Below, one piece after another: positions 37,665 through 46,292 of a stretch of DNA of 64,000 bases (position 1 is the first letter of the stretch; each line of letters opens with the position of its first letter). The notes under the pieces were generated by a model. The model made no database searches and was not told the origin of the DNA. It was given only the letters and a program-made list of their open reading frames with translations. Source of the stretch: Candidatus Falkowbacteria bacterium (GTDB lineage: Bacteria > Patescibacteriota > Patescibacteriia > UBA11705 > JABHMO01). The stretch spans positions 72,154 through 136,153 of the forward strand of contig JABHMO010000043.1 in assembly GCA_018693855.1 (NCBI GenBank), given 5' to 3'. A program made the position numbers and the translations under genes.

Positions 37665-39833
37665 TTATTTTTGAATTGGACTCTCAGGTTGAACAACTGG
37701 GGCAGGGGCTGCTTCTTGTGTTTGAATAGGGCTTTCAGGTTGAACTACTGGGGTAGGAACTTCCTCTAATTTTTGAGTTGGAGCTTCGACTTGATAGTTT
37801 TGTCCTTCGAAATAACCTTTTTCTTGATCACAGTAAGGACAGTATTCGTGCTCACCAGCAATATAACCATGGACTGGGCAAACACTGAAAGTTGGAGTTA
37901 AAGTAAAGTATGGTAATTTGAAATTCTCAGCAATTTTTCTAACTAATGCCTTTGTACTTTCAACTGAAGGCAACTTTTCACCAACAAACCCGTGCAAAAC
38001 TGTTCCACCTGTATATTTTGTTTGCAGGTCATCTTGCAGCTTAAGTGCTTCAAAAATATCATCAGTATGTCCAACTGGTAGATGTGATGAATTTGTATAG
38101 TATGGATCAGCACCTTGAGTTTTAACAGCTGTTTCATTAGCCGCGATAATCTCTGGATATTTTTCTTTATCAAGTTTTGCGAATCGGTATGATGTTCCCT
38201 CAGCAGGAGTTGCTTCTAGATTAAACAGTTCATTTGTTTCATTCTGATAATCCATCATCCTCTCTCTCATGAAATCAAGAACCTGACCAGCGAACCGGTG
38301 TCCTTCTTCTGTTGTTATATCAACTTTTAATAAATTGATAATCGCTTCATTTAAACCATTTAAACCGATTGTATTGAAATGATTTTTCCAATAAGTACCA
38401 AATCGTTCTTTTATTGCAGACAGATAATGTCTTGAATATGGATAAAGTCCTCCATCAATGAATTTTTCTAGAATTGTTCTCTTAATCATCAAACTTTCCT
38501 TACCAAGATCCATCAATTCTGACAATTGAGTAAAGAACTCTTCCTTCGTATTGGCAGCATATCCAATTCGAGGTAAATTAATCGTTACTACCCCAATACT
38601 TCCTGTTAATGGATTCGCACCAAACAGTCCACCACCTCGTTTTCGAAGTTCTCTATTATCAAGACGCAGACGACAACACATACTTCTTGCATCGTCTGGA
38701 CTCATATCACTGTTAATAAAGTTTGAAAAATAAGGAATACCGTACTTGGCAGTCATATCCATAATCTGCTCAATAATTGGCGCGTCCCAGTCCCAATCAC
38801 TTGTTACATTATAAGTTGGGATAGGCCAACTCAGAACTCTTCCTCGTTGATCACCTTCAAGCATTACCTCAATAAACGCTTTGTTAAACATATCCATCTC
38901 AACCTGGAACTCACCATAAGTCTCTTTCTGAGGTTTCCCTGATATAATAACTGCTTCATTTGCTAATGTTGATGGAGAAAATAGGTCTAAAGTTACATTT
39001 GTAAACGGTGTCTGGAACCCAACTCGAGTTGGTACGTTCATATTAAACAAAAATGTCTGAACTTTCTGTTTGACTTCTTCATAAGTTAATCCATCGTATC
39101 GAATAAAAGGTGCCAGTAATGTATCTAAACTAGCCACAGCTTGAGCTCCAGCAGCTTCACCTTGCAGAGTATAAAAGAAATTAACTAACTGACTCAAAGC
39201 ACTTCCAAAATGTTTCGCTGGTTTACTCTCAACTTTGCCACGAACACCGCCGAAACCACGGACCAAAAGGTCCTGAAGATCCCAACCGCAACAGTATGGA
39301 CTTAGAAGTTGCAAATCGTGAATATGTAAATCGCCAGAAACATGAGCGTTTTTAATATTTTCTGGATAGACTTTGTTCAACCAATAGTTAGCACTAATAG
39401 TTGAAGCAACGTAGTTATTCAGCCCTTGTAGAGAGTAGTCCATGTTTGAGTTTTCTTTTACTTTCCAATCAAGTTGTTTCAGGTATCCTTCCATTAGTTC
39501 ATCAGAATTAACCATTGACTCAATGTCTCTCATCTTTGATCTCTGATCACGATAAATTATGTAAGATTTAGCTACTTTGATCAGTTTCTGTTCAATTAAA
39601 ATCTCTTCTACGATATCTTGAATCTCCTCAACCGCAGGGATTGATCGTTCATGAAATTTCTTATTAATCCTTTCAACTACTAAATCAGCAACAGCTTCAG
39701 CTTTCTCCTGGTTTGGTTCACCAACAGCTCGCATTGCATTAAAAACAGCGCTATTTATATTATCTTGATCAAAATCAACAATTTTATTGTTTCTTTTCAC
39801 GATTTGGATAATCTGATTGCCTTGATAAACCAT
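37665..39833 (-). CDS. nrdD: Anaerobic ribonucleoside-triphosphate reductase (class III), main body, with an N-terminal ATP-cone
   Basis: It has an ATP-cone at the N terminus, the class III RNR core, and a Cys-rich Zn-ribbon region (CPVHGYIAGEHEYCPYC). It then ends in a Pro-rich repeated tail (PVVQPESPIQ x2) without a glycyl-radical motif. Confidence 0.9.
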   Translation of the reverse strand: MVYQGNQIIQIVKRNNKIVDFDQDNINSAVFNAMRAVGEPNQEKAEAVADLVVERINKKFHERSIPAVEEIQDIVEEILIEQKLIKVAKSYIIYRDQRSKMRDIESMVNSDELMEGYLKQLDWKVKENSNMDYSLQGLNNYVASTISANYWLNKVYPENIKNAHVSGDLHIHDLQLLSPYCCGWDLQDLLVRGFGGVRGKVESKPAKHFGSALSQLVNFFYTLQGEAAGAQAVASLDTLLAPFIRYDGLTYEEVKQKVQTFLFNMNVPTRVGFQTPFTNVTLDLFSPSTLANEAVIISGKPQKETYGEFQVEMDMFNKAFIEVMLEGDQRGRVLSWPIPTYNVTSDWDWDAPIIEQIMDMTAKYGIPYFSNFINSDMSPDDARSMCCRLRLDNRELRKRGGGLFGANPLTGSIGVVTINLPRIGYAANTKEEFFTQLSELMDLGKESLMIKRTILEKFIDGGLYPYSRHYLSAIKERFGTYWKNHFNTIGLNGLNEAIINLLKVDITTEEGHRFAGQVLDFMRERMMDYQNETNELFNLEATPAEGTSYRFAKLDKEKYPEIIAANETAVKTQGADPYYTNSSHLPVGHTDDIFEALKLQDDLQTKYTGGTVLHGFVGEKLPSVESTKALVRKIAENFKLPYFTLTPTFSVCPVHGYIAGEHEYCPYCDQEKGYFEGQNYQVEAPTQKLEEVPTPVVQPESPIQTQEAAPAPVVQPESPIQK

Positions 39834-40050
39834 AGATATAGTAATTTAAGATTAATTTTAGAAAATTAGAGAGAAAAAAAACCAGTACCCACTTGTACCT
39901 CAGTTTTCAAACTTTTCTTACCTCTATTTTACCCCATATCGAACCTTACAGCAACTTTCACAAATACTAATTTTATCATCTAAATTTCAATCAAAATCCA
40001 GCGTCGTAAATTTCTACGTTTTAAACTGTGGATAAAGTTGGGAAGCGGAG

Positions 40051-40110
40051 CGAAGTAAATCGAGGTAAATCGAGGTAAATCGGAGTGAATCGCAGTTAAT
40101 CATAATGATT
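40051..40110. repeat. Tandem array of 10-bp units (GTAAATCGAG-like) upstream of nrdD
   Basis: The units include gtaaatcgag x2, gtaaatcgga, gtgaatcgca and gttaatcata. Confidence 0.7.
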
Positions 40111-40246
40111 AATCGATAACTAGAAAAACTAACCTCCTATAGCCTTCTTTGCGACTAAAAAAGCACCCGCAATTTTACTCACGAGCACTTTCATATGATT
40201 AAAGTTCGTACTGTTCGTACATTAGTTCGTAGTTCGTAATATTACC

Positions 40247-41521
40247 CTACATCATCTTCCTCCGAATAAACGCCGGAATCTCCAAATCCTCATCATCAGC
40301 ATTCGCTTCTCCGGGCTTTGAAATGACTTCTTCTGGTTTAATTCTATCAACATCTTTTTCTTCAGGATTTAACGTATCTTGCTCTAACTTCTTGGCATCG
40401 TAACTAAAAGGACTCTGTACTGGAGTAGAAGCTGGTGCAACAGGTGTTGAAACTGGAGCTGGTCGTTCTTCTACTTTTTCTTCCCTTCTCGGTTCTTGAG
40501 CAACGAAGTAATGAGGAGTTTTATCAAGCGCATTATTAGACTGACGAATAATATTGCTTTGCCCAGGAATGTCGTCGAAACCAGTTGCGACAACAGTGAT
40601 CTTTAACTGATCCTTTAGATTTTCATCAACAACCGCTCCAAAGATAATCTTAGCATCACCATCAACTGACTCAGTAATTGATTTCGCAGCTTCACTGACT
40701 TCGTACATTGTTAAATCAGGTCCACCTGTAATTGTAAATAGAATACCTTTTGCTCCTTCAATAGACATTTCGAGCAATGGACTTGAGATAGCAGATTTCG
40801 CAGCTTCAATCGCCCTGTTATCACCTGAAGACTCACCCATTCCCATTAACGCAGAACCACTATCTGACATAATTGTCTTAACATCAGCGTAATCAACGTT
40901 AATTAAACCTGGAAGCGTAATTAATTCTGAAATACCTTGAACACCTTGTCTTAACACTTCATCAACAACTCCGAAAGCTTCAAGTAATGGTGTCTTTTTA
41001 TCAATAATCTGCCAAATTCTATCGTTTGGAATAGTAATTAGTGTATCAACTTTATTTTTAAACTCTTTCAGCGCTTCCTCAGCAATCGTTTTTCTTGGAC
41101 CACCTTCAAATGAGAACGGTTTTGTAACAACAGCAATTGTCAAAGCGCCCAACTCTTTTGCGATTTCAGCGATTTTTGGAGCAGCACCTGAACCAGTTCC
41201 ACCACCAAGACCACAGGTTATAAATACTAAATCAGCACCTTTTAACATTTCACGAATCTCATTTTGAGACTCTTCTGCTGATTTACGACCAACAGCCGGG
41301 TTCATACCAGCGCCAAGCCCTTTTGTGGTGCTTTTACCAATATGAATTTTATTAGAAGCTAAATTAGACTGCAACGCTTGTAGATCAGTATTAGCCACTA
41401 AAAATTCAACCCCTTTGATTCGACATTGAATCATACGATTGATTGCGGCTCCTCCTCCCCCTCCAACACCTACAACTTTGATTTTTGCAAATGTTTGAAT
41501 TTCTGGTTTTACTTCTGGCAT
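40247..41521 (-). CDS. ftsZ: Cell division GTPase FtsZ
   Basis: It has the tubulin signature [10 protein letters not shown] and an N-terminal [13 protein letters not shown], with an acidic and Pro-rich C-terminal tail. Confidence 0.95.
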   Translation of the reverse strand: MPEVKPEIQTFAKIKVVGVGGGGGAAINRMIQCRIKGVEFLVANTDLQALQSNLASNKIHIGKSTTKGLGAGMNPAVGRKSAEESQNEIREMLKGADLVFITCGLGGGTGSGAAPKIAEIAKELGALTIAVVTKPFSFEGGPRKTIAEEALKEFKNKVDTLITIPNDRIWQIIDKKTPLLEAFGVVDEVLRQGVQGISELITLPGLINVDYADVKTIMSDSGSALMGMGESSGDNRAIEAAKSAISSPLLEMSIEGAKGILFTITGGPDLTMYEVSEAAKSITESVDGDAKIIFGAVVDENLKDQLKITVVATGFDDIPGQSNIIRQSNNALDKTPHYFVAQEPRREEKVEERPAPVSTPVAPASTPVQSPFSYDAKKLEQDTLNPEEKDVDRIKPEEVISKPGEANADDEDLEIPAFIRRKMM

Positions 41522-41890
41522 AGATTATAAAGTTTATTAAGTTTAAATAGTTAAAAAAGTTAAAATAGTTTTTAGGTAATTGAGAAAATATAAAAAACAC
41601 AGACAAAAACAAACCATCTTTTGGTTAATCATTTATTTTTGTTATGTGTTTTTGTTTTTACTGACTCTTTATTTTTGTTTTCTAACTTTTTATTTTTTCT
41701 TTTTATTTTTCTAGATATCCCTTTTCAATTATTTAACTTTCATTACCTCAATTTCAACCCAATATCCTCAATTTCAACTTAATCTCCTTTTTTATTTTTG
41801 TTTTATGATTCACAATCTGCTCCGATTTACTGCCGCTTTTATTTTACAGATGTGCTATCGCAGACTAAAGTCGTACGTGAAATTATGGCG

Positions 41891-41930
41891 TTTACTTCGA
41901 TTTACACCGATTCACTTCGATTTACTTCCC
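41891..41930. repeat. Tandem array of 10-bp units (TTTACTTCGA-like) in the ftsA-ftsZ spacer
   Basis: The units are tttacttcga, tttacaccga, ttcacttcga and tttacttccc. These are the reverse-complement orientation of the family at 11321-11362. Confidence 0.7.
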
Positions 41931-41932
41931 AT

Positions 41933-43183
41933 CTACGATACCAAATTCTTAAACCAACCCTTAACTTTCCCCGCAGCATCCTTTACTGACTGTAAATTAT
42001 TCAATGTAAACTTTGACCCACCTGCTCCACCTCCTTGATTAAATCCCCAAAGTACAAGACCAAGTGCTGTGCAGTATGTTGGCTCATTCACCTTATCAAC
42101 CGCTGTATTGAATTTCTTATTTATTCCAAGTGAAACAGGTAACATTGTTTTTCGTTTTGAAACAGGTACAATGCCTGCTAATTTCGAACCTCCACCGATT
42201 AACACGAGTCCTGCTGGTAACAATCCACTTCTGTTTATCTTCTGTAACTCTAAGTCTACTTTTTCAAAGATTTCTTCTGTTCTAGCTTCAATTATTTCAG
42301 CAATATATTTTTTAGAGAAAGCTTGATCATCTCCACCAAAGTCACGTAAGTTGATCTCGTCAGTTTTTTCAAAGCTACTTGGTGAAGCACTTCCAATATC
42401 AAGTTTTATTCGTTCAGAAACATCAAGTGATGTTTGCAATCCAATCGCTAAATCAGCTGTAATATGATCAGATCCTACTGGTAAAACAGAAATATGGATT
42501 AGATCACCCTCTTCATACACTGCCAACTTAGTTGTCGCAGCTCCGATATCAACCAAACAAACTCCTAACTCTTTTTGTCTTACACTTAGAACTGATTCAC
42601 TAGCTGCTAGAGTTCCAAAAACTAAATCATTTATATCAATACCTGCTCGATAAACACATTTCGTAACATTACTAATCTGAGAACTAAGTCCTCGTACAAC
42701 TTGAGTTGTTACTTCCAGCCGAATACCACTCATGCCAACTGGATCCTTCACACCTGTTTGATTATCTATTGAAAATGTTTTTGGAATGACATGCAGTACT
42801 TCATAATTAACAGGAGCTGCCACACTTCGAGCTGCTTCAATAACTCTTTCTACATCAGTCTCTTGAATCTCGCCACTAGTTTTTGTAATAGCAATTACAC
42901 CATTGCTTTCTTGTGATCGGATATGAGATCCACCAACTCCAACGTAAACATTTTCAATTGGCAACCCAATCATTCGTTCAGCTTTTTCTAGGGCAGCAGA
43001 AATACTACTGACAGAATCTTCAATACTAACAATTGAGCCTTTATTAAGACCTTGAGCAGGAACGTCAATAACTCCAATGATGTTAAGTTGTTCACTTTCA
43101 TTGGTTTTGACAATTTGTCCTACAACAATCCTAATATTAGATGACCCAATATCAAGCCCAGCAATGATATGTTCGTTTGCCAT
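41933..43183 (-). CDS. ftsA: Cell division protein FtsA (actin-like ATPase)
   Basis: It has an N-terminal IAGLDIGSSNIR phosphate-1 motif and the FtsA architecture, and lies upstream of ftsZ. Confidence 0.9.
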   Translation of the reverse strand: MANEHIIAGLDIGSSNIRIVVGQIVKTNESEQLNIIGVIDVPAQGLNKGSIVSIEDSVSSISAALEKAERMIGLPIENVYVGVGGSHIRSQESNGVIAITKTSGEIQETDVERVIEAARSVAAPVNYEVLHVIPKTFSIDNQTGVKDPVGMSGIRLEVTTQVVRGLSSQISNVTKCVYRAGIDINDLVFGTLAASESVLSVRQKELGVCLVDIGAATTKLAVYEEGDLIHISVLPVGSDHITADLAIGLQTSLDVSERIKLDIGSASPSSFEKTDEINLRDFGGDDQAFSKKYIAEIIEARTEEIFEKVDLELQKINRSGLLPAGLVLIGGGSKLAGIVPVSKRKTMLPVSLGINKKFNTAVDKVNEPTYCTALGLVLWGFNQGGGAGGSKFTLNNLQSVKDAAGKVKGWFKNLVS

Positions 43184-43337
43184 AATAATAATTTTCTATA
43201 TCTTAAATTATAGTATATTTTTTTGATTCTGCCAAACAAAAACTGTGAACATCAAAAAAGACCTAAAATAGCCTTGAATCAAATTGTTTTGCACACTAAA
43301 TTAGTTCAGGCAAAACAATGTCTTAAATAAAAACTTG

Positions 43338-43700
43338 TTACATTGCAAGAAAATAAGGTAAAAATATGATCAATCCTATAATAACACTAGTTATTGCTGC
43401 GATGAAAACGATTGAGCTCATCACATCCTTTATTTCTTTGACGTAAAGATGAACACGAGGTTTCAACATATCAACAAACCGTTCAAATACAGTGTTGAGC
43501 ATCTCCAAAATAAGAACCATTGCGATCATTAAAATAACTAATGCCCATTCCCAAACTTTTATTTGAAAATAAAAACTTAAAAATAAGACAAAAATACCAG
43601 CAATCAGATGTATCCGAAAATTTTGTTCTCGTTTAATTAACGAACCTAATCCTGAAAAAGAGTACTTAAAACTTTTCAAAAGTCGCTTAAATCTGATCAT
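43338..43700 (-). CDS. dgkA: Diacylglycerol/undecaprenol kinase family protein
   Basis: It encodes 120 aa with three TM helices and the motifs EQNFRIH and EMLNTVFE of the DgkA family. Confidence 0.75.
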   Translation of the reverse strand: MIRFKRLLKSFKYSFSGLGSLIKREQNFRIHLIAGIFVLFLSFYFQIKVWEWALVILMIAMVLILEMLNTVFERFVDMLKPRVHLYVKEIKDVMSSIVFIAAITSVIIGLIIFLPYFLAM

Positions 43701-44118
43701 ATTTATTCAAAATTTTTGTTTCTAAACTTTCCATTTTCTCAGCCTCCTTCTCTTTCATGTGATCATACCCAATAAGATGCAAAAATCCATGTAAAACCAG
43801 GCGGTTCATCTCTTTTTTCAAACTATGCTTCATCTGTTTAGCCTGTTTCTTTGCGACTGATAAACAGACAAGGATTTCACCCAGCGGCTCTTCCCTGCTC
43901 AATCGGTCATCATTCTCAAATGACAAAACATCAGTCACCTGATTTTTCTTTCGGTAAATACTATTAAACTGTTTTATCTTTGTTTCACCAACAATCCCCA
44001 AAGAAACCGTTTCTTCACTACTTTTCTTCGCCTGCTTCTGAGCCAGATTCAACAGTCTTTCCAAACTCCTCCGACAAACATGCGTCTTCGTTGTATTATT
44101 CATCTCTAAATTTATCAT
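43687..44118 (-). CDS. ybeY: rRNA maturation endoribonuclease YbeY
   Basis: It has the HGFLHLIGYDH metal-binding motif and is about 143 aa. Its end overlaps the dgkA start by 14 bp. Confidence 0.85.
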   Translation of the reverse strand: MINLEMNNTTKTHVCRRSLERLLNLAQKQAKKSSEETVSLGIVGETKIKQFNSIYRKKNQVTDVLSFENDDRLSREEPLGEILVCLSVAKKQAKQMKHSLKKEMNRLVLHGFLHLIGYDHMKEKEAEKMESLETKILNKYDQI

Positions 44119-44238
44119 ATTGCGGATGTGCGGATCATTTGCAGATTATGCAGATTAATATTTTGATAAAGTAAAATAATGTCTATTACAATTAGATATG
44201 ACTTTAAGAATGGGATTCCAATCCGCAATATCTGCAAC

Positions 44239-45435
44239 CTAAGGGCACGCCGCAAACTCACAATCCGGCCCAGTCCTCCCAACAGAACTACCATCCGGAC
44301 AGATCTTAGCTTCCTCGGTACAAGCAATTACATTATCAATCGGTTCATCTGGCGCAACAGGTGCTTCAGCAAAGTCCCCTTCAATAAAGTTAAAACTATC
44401 AACCATCATCTTAAACATTGCAGGATAAAAAGCCTCTACTTTCTGACCAATTCCATAGTTGATAACGTAGACCATGTCTTGCTTTGCAATGAAAACAGTA
44501 AATCCATCCGGTGATTCAATAACTGGGATATCGTAATGATTGTTGTAAAATTTCAACTGAGTTCTAGTTGCTCGTGGATTCAACCGTAGATACCAATCAA
44601 CAATAGATTCTTCAGAATTCTTGTTCGCAATGAATACATTAACAAACTCATTATTACTTGAAGTAAACAGTACATCTTCAGTATCAAGAGGATCAAGTGA
44701 ATCAGCTAACCAACTTTTTGGATATAGAAGTTTATAACTGTACATTGTATTCTCATACTCTGCAACAAAATCACCTTCTTCTAACTTTACCATACTTTGA
44801 GTTGGACTGTAAAAATTCATTAACTCAGAACCATCAGCATAACCATCACCATCTGAATCAGCAATTGTTGCGTTTGTGTTAATTAAAAGTTCTTCCTGAT
44901 CAGTCAGACCATCATTATCACTATCAACTGATGCCATAACATTTACATTGAATCGATTTGCATAACTATAATCAAACTCTTTCGCAGGTACTAAATTATC
45001 AGGTAAAACATCATCAACTGGATCATCCGCTGGCTCCTCTGTATCTAATTCATCAGGTTGTGGTTCATCAGCATCATCTTGATCAACGACTGGATCAACT
45101 GTCTGAGGTTCGAAAACAACTTGATTTTGATTATCTTCACTAGAAGGTAAATATGTATAGACAAGTAATCCAATTGAAGCTAAAACTAAAATTGCTAGAA
45201 TTACCATGATAAGAATAACACCCAGTTTACTCTTCTTATGTTTAGGTGCGCCGTTAGAAGGTTTAGAAGCAGTTGCAGTCCCCTTTGATCCTTTTGTCGC
45301 AGAAACTGTTTTGTCCCCTAAATAATACTCCATGGGCATAGTATGAACTTGCTCATCTTGTGGAGATTTTTCTTGTTCTTCTTTAAGCGGTTTATTTACT
45401 TTATTGTCTAATTTTGGTTGTTCATCGTCAAACAT
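44239..45435 (-). CDS. Single-pass membrane protein with TSP3-like Ca-binding repeats and a C-terminal Cys-containing region
   Basis: It has a TM helix (GVILIMVILAILVLASIGLL), an acidic linker, and DSDNDGLTDQEE / DSDGDGYADGSE repeats. The start was moved to ATG 45433-45435 because the ORF-track N terminus is encoded by the 52-bp repeat element. Confidence 0.55.
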   Translation of the reverse strand: MFDDEQPKLDNKVNKPLKEEQEKSPQDEQVHTMPMEYYLGDKTVSATKGSKGTATASKPSNGAPKHKKSKLGVILIMVILAILVLASIGLLVYTYLPSSEDNQNQVVFEPQTVDPVVDQDDADEPQPDELDTEEPADDPVDDVLPDNLVPAKEFDYSYANRFNVNVMASVDSDNDGLTDQEELLINTNATIADSDGDGYADGSELMNFYSPTQSMVKLEEGDFVAEYENTMYSYKLLYPKSWLADSLDPLDTEDVLFTSSNNEFVNVFIANKNSEESIVDWYLRLNPRATRTQLKFYNNHYDIPVIESPDGFTVFIAKQDMVYVINYGIGQKVEAFYPAMFKMMVDSFNFIEGDFAEAPVAPDEPIDNVIACTEEAKICPDGSSVGRTGPDCEFAACP

Positions 45436-45522
45436 AGGAAAAGGGGCCAGCCCGCAATGTCTACGCATAGCGTTGCTGGCGGGGCTAAACGAGGCTATAC
45501 GAGGCTATAAAAGGCTTTCGGA
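45436..45522. repeat. Second copy of the 52-bp GC-rich core plus GAGGCTATA direct repeats, immediately upstream of the start codon
   Basis: The sequence GGGGCCAGCCCGCAATGTCTACGCATAGCGTTGCTGGCGGGGCTAAACGAGGCTATACGAGGCTATAAAAGGC is near-identical to 33140-33192. Confidence 0.75.
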
Positions 45523-45534
45523 TAGTCCTTGTAA

Positions 45535-46119
45535 TTAATTTATATTCAAATTGTCTTTAGCTTCTTGAAAATTCAATAACTTACCTGCCCCGTTGGGGTT
45601 GTATCCGGATTGAACCTCTTGTCCGTCAAGATAACCATCATTGTCACTATCTGTATCATTTGGATCTGTTTTATAAAACATAATCTCATCTCGATCAAAA
45701 AGTCCATCATTATCACTGTCAGCCTTGCGAGGATTTGTTTTATACTGTTTTTCTTCCTCGTTAGTTAATCCATCAAAATCAAAATCATCACCACTTGCTT
45801 CTTCAATCTGTTTTTTGACTTCATCAACATCTTCATTCATTCCTAAACCTTCAGTTTGATCAACCTGCGCTTCTTCATAGTCTTCTGGGACTGGAATATA
45901 CGTCTGATGATAAACTTTATTTCGATAATAAGCCAAAGCTCCTCCAGCAATTACAACTACTACTACAATAACAATAACAATCTTCCATGGAAACTTTTTC
46001 TTTTCTAAAACAGGTTCTGGACTAACATCCGAACTTTCAACTTGAGATTGTACTGGCGCTTCTTTCGGCCCAGCATCAACCTCATCAAAAATATCCTCAA
46101 CTTGTTTATCTTCATCCAT
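45535..46119 (-). CDS. Single-pass membrane protein with TSP3-like Ca-binding repeats
   Basis: It has a TM helix (WKIVIVIVVVVVIAGGALAYY) and DSDNDGLFDRDE / DSDNDGYLDGQE repeats. It is paralogous to 29217-30044 and 44239-45435. Confidence 0.6.
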   Translation of the reverse strand: MDEDKQVEDIFDEVDAGPKEAPVQSQVESSDVSPEPVLEKKKFPWKIVIVIVVVVVIAGGALAYYRNKVYHQTYIPVPEDYEEAQVDQTEGLGMNEDVDEVKKQIEEASGDDFDFDGLTNEEEKQYKTNPRKADSDNDGLFDRDEIMFYKTDPNDTDSDNDGYLDGQEVQSGYNPNGAGKLLNFQEAKDNLNIN

Positions 46120-46127
46120 ATATATTG

Positions 46128-46292
46128 ATGCTAATCTGCTAATGATATGCGAATGCCGCGAACGCTTCGCTATGCTAATTTACGAATTACACAAATAGTT
46201 AACTATTCGTAGTATTCGTGTAATTCGCAAATTAGCATCTCAGCAATTTTCGTATCATTCGCATGCTTTTCGTGGATTAGCATCGGTTTACT
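46128..46292. repeat. Copy 4 of the roughly 160-bp palindromic intergenic element
   Basis: It is near-identical to copies 1 and 2. It spans from 9 bp upstream of the TSP3 gene start to the TAA stop of the 2830-aa gene; the stop lies inside the element terminus …CATCGGTTTA, as also seen in copy 1 with nfu. Confidence 0.8.

Noticed and set aside
37432-37667. The nrdD split might be a simple sequencing frameshift.
   Set aside because: In the frame of the downstream 48-aa ORF a stop lies at 37612-37614, and the body ORF has its own stop at 37665-37667. No single indel can join the two frames. Read-level evidence would still be needed, so it is kept as a finding rather than called an error.
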